Of a DNA stretch of 64,000 bases, positions 42,252 through 51,284 are shown piece after piece. The number at the start of each line of letters is the position of its first letter. Position 1 is the first letter of the stretch. The stretch is from an uncultured Lentisphaerales bacterium. GTDB taxonomy: Bacteria > Verrucomicrobiota > Lentisphaeria > JABSQK01 > UBA12247. The stretch covers positions 94,274 through 158,273 of the forward strand of contig CALSSJ010000021.1 in the NCBI GenBank assembly GCA_943788985.1, read 5' to 3'. The notes under the pieces are model-generated. The model was not told the DNA's origin. It saw nothing but the letters and a program-made list of their open reading frames with translations, and made no database searches. Position numbers and translations under genes: made by a program.

Positions 42252-44234
42252 CTAACCTGCGATTTGCGCCTGACAAGCAGCGAATCGCCCATCTGAGGGC
42301 CACAGCCAGTGGATAAACTCTGAATCTGCCGCGAGCCGCCCTTTGGGGCGCCTTCCAGGTTGGCGCACTCGATAGTGCCGAGAGTGACTCGGCGCTGCGG
42401 CTCGGCCCTGCGGGCTCCTCCGTCCGCCGAGGAACGGGGCAACGGCTCTTTCGAGAGCTTTGTGCCCAAATGGCTTGCGTACATTTCTCGATAATCCGTC
42501 CATGGGGGCATCGTTCTCGCGCGCGCTCGCGCTCCTGATCACGGTCGAGCAGCACACTGATGCAAGGGGTGATCTTGCGAAGTTCGCGAAATGCTTCCTC
42601 GCCATTAATTCCTAACATCGACAGGTCAAGCGGCACGACGCCAATCTGGTTTCCGGATTCACGGTAGACCTCCTGCGCGCGCTCCCGACCCTCGGCGAGC
42701 GGCAACTCATACTTTAATTTTCGCAGCATCATAGCCGTGATCTTGCGCAGGGACTCGTCATCATCCGCAACCAGCACCAACTTAGGATCGGTCACGACCA
42801 AGGGATAATCTTCAATGGCATCCTCCACCACGCTGTCAGCGATCGGCGCAGGTGTACTGTTGGCCACTTCAACTGGCTCTTCGCTCGCGGCCGGCGCAAC
42901 TTGACGTGCCTCCATTGCGGGATGCAGCACATCTGGGTTGGCACTTTCGCTGACCGGCGAAAAGACAGTCACCGCGGTACCAGATGATGGCTCAGCCTCG
43001 CACGCGCACGCTCCCGCGGTGCGCACCAGTGACATTCCCAGCGTCGACGCTAGGCCCAGCCCGCGACCGGAGAATTTGGTCGAAAAGAACGGGGCAAACA
43101 GGCGTTTTTGCGTCTCGCGAGCCATACCACAGCCGGTATCCGTCACTTCGAGATACAGGCACGGGCCCTCGTTCAGGTCATCATCCAGCAGCATGGAAGT
43201 CAGCAAGCCACGGGCTACCTGAATCGCCCCGGTTAAAATGGTCATCATTCTGGTCTCATTTTCGATCGACTCGCCCGCATTGGCGACAATGTTCACGATC
43301 GCCTGACCCAGCTGAATTTCATCCCCGTCGAGCTCCGGCAGCGTCTGGGGAAGGTTGTGTTTGACGTAGATCATCTTGCTGCAGGTGATCTAGATGTGAT
43401 GGTTGCGCTTGCGGACAGCATCGTTGAGCATGATCGGCTCGACGACGAACCGGCCCTTTCCCGAGTACAAACGAAACTGAGCGGTCAGATCTCATGCCCG
43501 CAAAGAGGCAGCTTTAATTTCCTCGACCGAGGAGTAGATCGGAGACACGCGGTTGAGATCAGAAAGTGCGATCTCGACACTGCCGAGAATGCCAACCAGC
43601 ACGTTTTGAAACTCGTGCGCGATCCTACCAGCCAGCGCCGACAGGCTCTCCAGTTTTTGAAGCTGCTGGATGCGATCATGCAGCCGCCGAGCCTCATCTT
43701 CGAGAGGTTTGCGGGTGGTGATATCGCTCACCACGCCCAAGGCACCAATCTGCTTCCTGTGGTCATCGTGCATCGGCTCCACGAAGGCAAGCGCGGGAAA
43801 TATCGTGCCATTCCGCCGTACCATCTCAATCTCGCTCGAGAAATCGCGGTTCGAATCCCCCAACCAGCGGCGCGGGCGAATGCCTCTTCGCTCGGCGCGG
43901 GATAACGCAGCCGGACACTCTCGCTAATCACATCATCGCGCCCGCAGTCAAAGATCAACTGGGCACCGGCACTGAACTCGAAAATTTTTAACTCCGACCC
44001 GGCCTGCGTCACAATCAAGCCGCCATTCTTCGCCCCACGAAGTAGATAGCGCAGACTCGCCCTACGCTGCTCCGGGGCACAAGCCAGCTGCGTTCCCGGT
44101 CCAATTGTAGCTGCTAGTGCGAGCACGGTGCAAGGCGGCACAATGAGTAGTCCTCGCACAAGGGCGAGGACGGTTTCTTGATTCACAAGCGTCCGTTCGA
44201 GGGTAAGGTCGGCTTTTTGATAACGGGCCATCAA
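42252..44234 (-). pseudogene. PAS-containing hybrid histidine kinase (CckA-like) with receiver domain, disrupted
   Basis: PAC EIEMVRRNGTIFP...DIT, H-box QKLESLSALAGRIAHEFQN, N-box IVNIVANAGES, DTGCGM, FFSTKFSGRGLGL and REC VLVADDD. Frameshifts plus substitutions at conserved positions. Confidence 0.75.
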
Positions 44235-44367
44235 CGGTCAGCAAGCGATTGTTACACACCACCCCTGCAATGTTGCTGTACGAGAACTACCGGAATCTTT
44301 TGACTTTCGACAGGTCTGCCGTCTAGTACGGCACGGCTTTCTGACCACCTATCCGAGTTGGTAATCA

Positions 44368-44910
44368 ATGGGACTGATCAAGGCGTTGACAGAGTTTGGC
44401 ACGCAGCGAACACTGCGACGAGTTTCTTCAAGCGAGCATTTTGAGTTTTTACGGCGACACCCTCTCCTGCAGGATATCGGGGATCGTGGCTTTCTATTCC
44501 TATTCGACCGCATTGTCGAGCGACTCTTCGGCAAGGATGAGCTCATCTTCAAGCAGGACAACCTCGGCGTTTGCCTGTTCGTAGTCCGCTCGGGAAGCGT
44601 GTTACTGGAAGTTACCGCGGCAAACGATGACAGCGTGGTCCTAGTCAACCGGGCGTCTGAAGGCGATATCTTTGGCGAGATGAGCGTCATCACAGAGCAA
44701 TACCGGACTGCGACCGCACGCGCCGATGCCCATGATACGACGCTGCTTGCTATGTCTAGTTTTGACTTGAACGACTTTCGCACCTACCACCCGGCGGATT
44801 CCCAGCTGCTGTTGCGCGGCCTGACTGATCTGGTGTGCAAGAACCTAGCCACGGCGACCCGCGAAGCTGCCGTGCTACAAGCAGAGCTGCAACGGCTCCA
44901 AAGCCACTAA
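44368..44910 (+). CDS. Stand-alone cyclic nucleotide-binding domain protein
   Basis: IFKQDNLGVCLFVVRSGSV...GDIFGEMSVI...RTATARA. No HTH domain. Confidence 0.85.
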   Translation: MGLIKALTEFGTQRTLRRVSSSEHFEFLRRHPLLQDIGDRGFLFLFDRIVERLFGKDELIFKQDNLGVCLFVVRSGSVLLEVTAANDDSVVLVNRASEGDIFGEMSVITEQYRTATARADAHDTTLLAMSSFDLNDFRTYHPADSQLLLRGLTDLVCKNLATATREAAVLQAELQRLQSH

Positions 44911-44932
44911 GCGGCAACGATCCCGAAGCCTC

Positions 44933-46324
44933 ATGCTACCCACCCCTGTAAGTCGCCACGCCCGGTTCTACCGGTATCTGTTTTTCACACTAGCACTGGT
45001 TTTGGGTCTACTCCTGCTCTACCAGGTGCGAACATTGATGACGCCCATCCTGAGCGCGCTGCTCGTGGCCTACATCATGTATCCAATCATAACGTCTGCG
45101 GCCAAGTGGGGCGTTCGCCGCGGCGTTTCCATCGCGATGTTGTTTGCCGCAATCTTTTCGACCCTGACATACAGCGGAATCGTCCTACTACCAGCACTTC
45201 ACAGCCAGACAAACGCGCTGGTGCGCGGGCTCTTCGAGTACATTCCCGAAGAGGATAAATCGACCCTGCCGATCCCAAGCCCTGCGCGCGGAAGAGGCCC
45301 CGAGACCTTAGGCGCCGGCGAGGCGGTAACCGATGGGGAGCTGGACGCGGTTCTCGCAGAAAAGGTAGTCATGGACCATACGGAGATGCAAGAGTTTCTC
45401 CCGAACGAGAGTCCAACCTCGCAACCTGACGGGAAGGCCGCCAGCACCAAGCGCCGCTGGCAGCGACGGCTGGTCAACGCCAGCCTGACACGCCTTGCGG
45501 TGCAGATCTCCGAGCGACTCCACAGCTTTGGCATGCTGAAAGATCCCCTGGAAGCAGAGAATATGGTGGATAAAGTCGCTCGTGTCATCGGCCAGCACCT
45601 GATCCTGCCGATTCTCAAGGAATGGGGTGCCGTGGTCGGCCAACTGACCACTTATGCCAAGGATTTCGTGCAGTTCAATTTCATCTTCTGGATAGTCCTC
45701 GCGTTCGCGCTTTCCGACGGCCGTAAGATCTACCATGGCATCATCAGCTTGATCCCGAACAGCGTGTTCGAGCCCGGGATCTACATTCTGGCAAAAACCA
45801 GCGAAATGTTCGGCTATTACCTGCGCGGCCTGGTCGTAGAGACTGCCATCCTAGCCATCATTTCCTTTCTCACGCTGCTCCCGTTCTGCCTGATCAGCGA
45901 GCTAACCGTCATGCTCTCCTTGGTGATGGCCATCATCATCGCCGTGACAAACATCGTGCGCGTGATCGGCCCGATCTTCGGCGGTGTTATTTCGCTGCTC
46001 ATTGTCGTAGTCAGTTCCACAGACTTCATCGCCATGACCGGGGTCTTAAGCATGGTGGCAATCGTCCAACTCATGGATAACACGCTCGTGCTACCTCTGG
46101 TGATGAAGGATCAGGTCAATGTGCATCCCGCGTTCTGCGTGATCGGCGTGATTGGCGGCGGCATCGTCGGTGGCGTCATGGGTATGGTGCTAGCAATCCC
46201 CGTGATGGGAGGCATGCGCGTCGTCTACCGCATCCTTACGGTGGACATGAAAAAATTCAACATGGATCCCGAACCTCGCGGCAAGCTTCTAATTCTACCC
46301 CGAATCGCAGAAGGCCCCCAGTGA
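44933..46324 (+). CDS. AI-2E (PerM) family transporter with large soluble insertion
   Basis: Motifs PILSALLVAYIMYP, YYLRGLVVE, NIVRVIGP, VQLMDNTLVLPLV, VNVHP and GMVLAIPV. Confidence 0.85.
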   Translation: MLPTPVSRHARFYRYLFFTLALVLGLLLLYQVRTLMTPILSALLVAYIMYPIITSAAKWGVRRGVSIAMLFAAIFSTLTYSGIVLLPALHSQTNALVRGLFEYIPEEDKSTLPIPSPARGRGPETLGAGEAVTDGELDAVLAEKVVMDHTEMQEFLPNESPTSQPDGKAASTKRRWQRRLVNASLTRLAVQISERLHSFGMLKDPLEAENMVDKVARVIGQHLILPILKEWGAVVGQLTTYAKDFVQFNFIFWIVLAFALSDGRKIYHGIISLIPNSVFEPGIYILAKTSEMFGYYLRGLVVETAILAIISFLTLLPFCLISELTVMLSLVMAIIIAVTNIVRVIGPIFGGVISLLIVVVSSTDFIAMTGVLSMVAIVQLMDNTLVLPLVMKDQVNVHPAFCVIGVIGGGIVGGVMGMVLAIPVMGGMRVVYRILTVDMKKFNMDPEPRGKLLILPRIAEGPQ

Positions 46325-47013
46325 AAACCGGGCAGATTTACGCAGTGGTCGCTGCGCTAGTGACCGCTACCGGGTTCGCCGCCACCTGGAGCAGGGTGGA
46401 TGGTTCGATCATCGAAGGGGTTCTGCTGGAAGCAAACGGGGATGCAGGCACCTTTGTCATTCGCCACAAAGACGGTACAGAAGGCACCTACAAGCTGATC
46501 AACCTGATCCGAAAAGATCGCGAGCTAGTGACCAAGTTTGCTCGCCTGCAACCAGTATCCAAAGTGGAGAAAAAGGAAGAAAAAAAGGCGAGCTTCGGGC
46601 TGCGCGCCCGGCAGCTTCTCTATGCCTGGGGGGAAGGCATGGGACTGCGCGAAATGATCCTGTTTGCCCTTGTCTCAATTGGCGTCCACGGAATTCTTCT
46701 CTTTTTCGCTGGTAAGCTCTTGGCTACACAGGAGGCATCTTTACCGATCGTCACCGGCACGACGACACTCATGCAAGCGGCGACCATCCTCTCCTGGTAC
46801 GCGATCAACGCCGTGATCCCAGTGCTGCTAGTGCCGCTTGGAATAGCCGCTGCGGTCGCTATCGGCATCTTTAGCGTTCAGTTCATCTATGAAGGTGAGT
46901 GGAAGGAGTCCGCCGTCATCTACGGCGCAGCAACCGCCGCTTACCTCGTCCTGACAGGAATTACATTAGCAATCTTGAGCGTGCACATGATTCGTTCCGG
47001 CGCTGCATGGTAA
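46321..47013 (+). CDS. Membrane protein with N-terminal SHD1-like domain
   Basis: Signal peptide, TWSRVDGSIIEGVL...IRHKDG....LINLIRKDRELV, then about 4 TM segments. Confidence 0.6.
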   Translation: MKTGQIYAVVAALVTATGFAATWSRVDGSIIEGVLLEANGDAGTFVIRHKDGTEGTYKLINLIRKDRELVTKFARLQPVSKVEKKEEKKASFGLRARQLLYAWGEGMGLREMILFALVSIGVHGILLFFAGKLLATQEASLPIVTGTTTLMQAATILSWYAINAVIPVLLVPLGIAAAVAIGIFSVQFIYEGEWKESAVIYGAATAAYLVLTGITLAILSVHMIRSGAAW

Positions 47014-47074
47014 GCTTCAGGGTGCCGCTTCGCAGCGCCTCTGCACGATTTTTCCTCAGTTCAAGGTTACCAGC

Positions 47075-48961
47075 ATGTCGCTTAGCAATTGCCTGACTAC
47101 AGTCGTTTTGCTCGGGGTGGTAAGCTGTTCAACTGAGCAGCCTCGGGCCGAAGTTCAGGACATCAAAGCCGAAAGGCCAGTGCCAGTGAGCACGCGGCCG
47201 AGCGCCCCCCCCCGGTTTGCGGAGTCCGCAACCGTGACGATTCCGGAGCTTCAGGGTCCCGGCCACTATTCACCCTACCAAGACCACACCGTGACAACCT
47301 CTGGAGTTGTCACAGCCATCAGCGAAAAGCGCTTCTGGATTCAGTCGCCAGGTGATGATGCCAACCCCGCAACCTCGCAGGGTATTCTTGTCCAGCCAGC
47401 CCGCAAAGATGGCATGCCCGATGACCTCGCAGTTGGCAGCCTTGTCACCGTCAAGGGCATTTGCCGCGAACAGATCGCGAGAAACCACGCAGATGCGCTG
47501 CCGGTCACCACGCTAGTGAGCGAGTCGATTCAGGTCTCAGCCGAGGAAAAAGTTGCCATCCTGCCACTTATCCTGGGCCAGGACCGATCTGCCCCGCCGG
47601 GCAAAACTGTAGACAGTGACACCCACGGCCACATTCTAGACCCCAGCAGTCGCTCACAATTCAAGCCTGCTTCCGACGGCCTGGACTATTGGGAAAGCCT
47701 CGAAGGCATGCTCATCCAACTTCCCACAGCCGACATTGTCTCCGGCGTGCAGCACGGCAACGAATTCGTGGTGGTGCTTCCAGAGGTGGCCAGCCTCCGT
47801 TCGGTCCGAGGCGGCATTGTGTTGCAGGAAGACGACCCCAATCCCGAGCGCATCATCGTCGAAGCCGAAGCCGACTCTCTCCCCCCACTTACGGTTGGCG
47901 ACCGCTTCAGCCAGCCTTTGACGGGAGTCGTCCATTATGACTGGAAGGCACCGCGCCTCATTCTCACGGCTGCCCTGCCGCCGCTCGAAGCGGGTGGCCT
48001 CAAGCCGGAGTCAACCACACTCCACAGCAACAATACCCACCTCACCATCGCCTCCTTCAACATTCGAAACTTCAACAAGAACAGCAAATTGAAGAACGGC
48101 ATTCTCGCCCGCACCTTACTCGGGGAAGCCATCGCCGTACATCTCGGCGGACCAGACATCGTGGCCCTTCAGGAGGTACAGGATAACAGTGGCAAGCTCA
48201 ACGACGGCGTCGTGAACGCATCAGAATCCGGCAACGCCCTTTGCGAAGCCCTCAGGCCGCTCAACTACCAATACGTAGACGTAGCACCACGGGATCTGGC
48301 CGATGGCGGCATTCCCGGTGGCAACATCCGCTGCGCCTTCCTCTATCGCCCGGATCGCGTGACCTTGATCTCCCGGCAGGATCCCTCCCCATTCTACGGA
48401 GTGGCCATCACTCCGAACGGCTCGCTTTCGGCCAGCCCAGCCGTCCTCGCGCCACAGCACGAAGCATTTCACCACTCCCGCAAGCCTCTCGTCGCAGAGT
48501 TTCAGTTTCGCGATCAAAGCATGATTATAATTAACCTTCATCTCGTCTCCAAGCGGGGTGACGGCGCTATCTTCGGTGCCGTCCAGCCGCCGGAGCGCAC
48601 CAGCACGAAATCGCGCCTGGAGCAGGCCAACGTACTGGCCGATTTTGTCGAGAAACTGCAGAAAGTAAGCCAAGGCATTCCGATCGTCGTCTGCGGCGAC
48701 TTCAACGACTTCCACTGGTCCTCGCCACTCCGTGCCTTAACCAAGCACCTCGGAGACCCCGCATCTGCGCTCGATCCCACAGACCGCTACACCTACACCT
48801 ACAAGGGCAACGCCCAACAACTGGACCATATCCTAATCAGCAGACAATGGCTGCCACGCTCGGAACTCGACATCGTCCACATCTGTAGTGAATTCTCAGA
48901 TAATTCCCGAATCAGCGACCATGACCCATTGGTGCTCCGACTCGCGACTGACGCTCCATGA
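47075..48961 (+). CDS. Secreted endonuclease/exonuclease/phosphatase-family nuclease (ExeM/YhcR-like) lipoprotein
   Basis: Lipobox VVSC, OB-fold IPELQGPGHYSPY, YWESLEGM, ASFNIRN, ALQEVQD, NLHLVSK, GDFND, LDHIL and SDHDP. Confidence 0.88.
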   Translation: MSLSNCLTTVVLLGVVSCSTEQPRAEVQDIKAERPVPVSTRPSAPPRFAESATVTIPELQGPGHYSPYQDHTVTTSGVVTAISEKRFWIQSPGDDANPATSQGILVQPARKDGMPDDLAVGSLVTVKGICREQIARNHADALPVTTLVSESIQVSAEEKVAILPLILGQDRSAPPGKTVDSDTHGHILDPSSRSQFKPASDGLDYWESLEGMLIQLPTADIVSGVQHGNEFVVVLPEVASLRSVRGGIVLQEDDPNPERIIVEAEADSLPPLTVGDRFSQPLTGVVHYDWKAPRLILTAALPPLEAGGLKPESTTLHSNNTHLTIASFNIRNFNKNSKLKNGILARTLLGEAIAVHLGGPDIVALQEVQDNSGKLNDGVVNASESGNALCEALRPLNYQYVDVAPRDLADGGIPGGNIRCAFLYRPDRVTLISRQDPSPFYGVAITPNGSLSASPAVLAPQHEAFHHSRKPLVAEFQFRDQSMIIINLHLVSKRGDGAIFGAVQPPERTSTKSRLEQANVLADFVEKLQKVSQGIPIVVCGDFNDFHWSSPLRALTKHLGDPASALDPTDRYTYTYKGNAQQLDHILISRQWLPRSELDIVHICSEFSDNSRISDHDPLVLRLATDAP

Positions 48962-49818
48962 ATATTCTGCTCGTATACAAAAAAAGCACCTATCAGATCT
49001 ACTTTCGGGAGCGCGGCCTCACCGCCGAGGTAGCTGGCTTCCTTCCTGAGGACATGCGCAGGCTCCAAGAATCAGACACCGCTCATCGCGAGAGCCTGGC
49101 CGCCGTAGAAGCCGCCATCCGCGAGCGCGACCTGCCCTTCCGCTCCGTCTATCGAGCTCGCCTTACCAACTACGCCCCGCACGACATAGTGATCGCGGTC
49201 GGTGGCGACGGAACGTTCTTCGAAGCCGCTCGCCCAGTCACAAACCAGATTCTATTCGGCGTGAATTCCGATCCAGCGCGGAGCGTCGGACACTATTGCA
49301 GAGCCACCGATTCAACGGTGGGAGCGTATCTCGATGCGATCGCCACTGGTAGAGCCCACATCACCAAACTATCGCGGCTGGCCGCATCAATCGATGACGG
49401 CCCTACAGTTCACGTAACCAATGACATCCTGTTTTCACATCGTGTACCCGCAGCGCTCACCAAGTACGAACTTTCGATCGATGACCACTGCGAAATCCAA
49501 CGCGGCTCGGGACTCTGGGTAAGTACGCCCAGCGGCTCTACTGGCGCGATCGCGGCGGCTGGTGGGACCGTGCTACCAATGGACTCGACCGCATTTCACT
49601 ATCGCCCCCGTGAGCTGTCCATGCTTCGCAACGCGCACTACCAGTTCCTTGGCGGAGTTATCTCCGACGGGGGCGTGTTGCGGCTCACATCCTTGCTACG
49701 CGAAGGGATGATCTACTGTGACGGGTCTCACCAACGCATGCCGCTTTCACTGAGGCAAACCATTGCCATTCAGCAATCCTCGCTTCCCCTCCGCGTGATA
49801 CTGGGAATCGACGCCTGA
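48958..49818 (+). CDS. nadK: NAD(H) kinase
   Basis: Motifs GGDGT, GVNSDP, TNDIL and GLWVSTPSGSTG. Confidence 0.88.
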   Translation: MNILLVYKKSTYQIYFRERGLTAEVAGFLPEDMRRLQESDTAHRESLAAVEAAIRERDLPFRSVYRARLTNYAPHDIVIAVGGDGTFFEAARPVTNQILFGVNSDPARSVGHYCRATDSTVGAYLDAIATGRAHITKLSRLAASIDDGPTVHVTNDILFSHRVPAALTKYELSIDDHCEIQRGSGLWVSTPSGSTGAIAAAGGTVLPMDSTAFHYRPRELSMLRNAHYQFLGGVISDGGVLRLTSLLREGMIYCDGSHQRMPLSLRQTIAIQQSSLPLRVILGIDA

Positions 49819-49990
49819 CGACCTGACCAAGCGGTGCCCGCCCCAAAGGGTCCCGACAAGTCCAGCTTTCCGCAGGTTCCAACCGCAATTTCCACCCGAT
49901 ACCCGTGACTCGCAAGCGCGGGATATTTGGTGATTCATCGCAAGATGCTACCTTTTCCGCTGCTGCGCGATACGAAGTAGGAGCCAAATC

Positions 49991-50743
49991 ATGGCAAAGA
50001 AAAAGAAACCGATGCAAGAGGGGATCGTCTGCCCAGATCACCCGAATACGCAAGCAGTTGACCGTTGCCATGCCTGTCACAGGCCCGTTTGCGACGAATG
50101 CGCGAAAGAAATCAAAGGCAACGTCTATTGCTCCGTGCAGTGCGGCGCAGACGACGCGCGGACGACCGAGAATATCAGCAAGCAGAAGAAGAAACTGCCG
50201 CTCGGCAAGATTGCGGGCGTCATCGTGCTCCTTGGGCTAGTCGGCGGTGGATTCTGGATTAAAGAAAATAAGCCTGAATTATTCAATAAAGTCAAAGAGA
50301 AGACGCAGAACGCTGCTGCTGATATCAAGGAAAAGGCAGCTTCGATCGACCCAGCGGCCCGCTCTGCCCTAAACAAACGACTCGACGAGTTTCAATTCGC
50401 AGTGGACAATGAATCCACCGAAAAGGCACTCGCATTCTTCACCGACCAAGCGCGTTTCTACAAGAAGGACGCAAAGCAGCCTGCCCGCGCATCCAGCTTG
50501 ATCAAGCTAATAAAGACCTACGCAGACGACGACTTCAAAGTCGAAAAGGAAGGTGCCTGGAAGCGCAACTCCGATGGCAGCAAGTTTGCCGTCAGCGCAA
50601 CTCTGCATATGATCAAGCGCGAAATTACCGGAAATGTCAACCGCACGCTACCTGTGACCATCTACATGCGTAAAGATAGCAGTGAGTGGAAGATCGAAAA
50701 GGTCAAGGCACACAGCGACGTTACCGCCAAGCGCGGAGCCTAG
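49991..50743 (+). CDS. B-box-like zinc finger membrane protein
   Basis: CPDHP...CHACHRPVCDEC.........C...C, one TM segment, and a soluble C domain. Confidence 0.65.
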   Translation: MAKKKKPMQEGIVCPDHPNTQAVDRCHACHRPVCDECAKEIKGNVYCSVQCGADDARTTENISKQKKKLPLGKIAGVIVLLGLVGGGFWIKENKPELFNKVKEKTQNAAADIKEKAASIDPAARSALNKRLDEFQFAVDNESTEKALAFFTDQARFYKKDAKQPARASSLIKLIKTYADDDFKVEKEGAWKRNSDGSKFAVSATLHMIKREITGNVNRTLPVTIYMRKDSSEWKIEKVKAHSDVTAKRGA

Positions 50744-50753
50744 CCCACCCGAA

Positions 50754-51125
50754 ATGAACAAGCTGGCCCGCCTTTGGATCATTGCGGCGCTGGTTGGACT
50801 AGGCCACGTCGTAGTCCTCGGCGGGGTCTACCTCCACTTTAGGCCTGCCACTCCCGCGGCTTCTCCGGCCACTGAGCCCGAGGACAACCTGGCTCCGGGC
50901 GTAGATCAATCAGTCGCCGCACCGCAAAACCCACCTACGCAGGCACCACGAGCACGCGAATCTGTGATGCCGCCCCAACGCATGCATCAGGTAATCGCAG
51001 GCGACTCATACTGGCAGCTTGCAAAAAATTACGGCGTTTCCATGGAAGCCATCCTGGCCTACAACCAGCACAGCCGGAACCGCACCCTGAAAGTCGGAGA
51101 AATCATCAAAATTCCAGATCGTTAA
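50754..51125 (+). CDS. Membrane-anchored LysM protein
   Basis: N-terminal TM, Pro-rich linker, and HQVIAGDSYWQLAKNYGVSMEAILAYN...LKVGEIIKIP. Confidence 0.85.
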   Translation: MNKLARLWIIAALVGLGHVVVLGGVYLHFRPATPAASPATEPEDNLAPGVDQSVAAPQNPPTQAPRARESVMPPQRMHQVIAGDSYWQLAKNYGVSMEAILAYNQHSRNRTLKVGEIIKIPDR

Positions 51126-51284
51126 GCGGCCACCCAGACTGGCGGCCAGTGATCAGTCGCAGTCAACTCATGGAACGCTGGTCAATCTCCACGAACGACC
51201 TTGAATTCCGGGCAAGATCCAGTAGCTTTTTGGGCCTGCGAACACTTTAAGAGACGCCGCGCGTCCGCACCCGGGAGAACGAAT

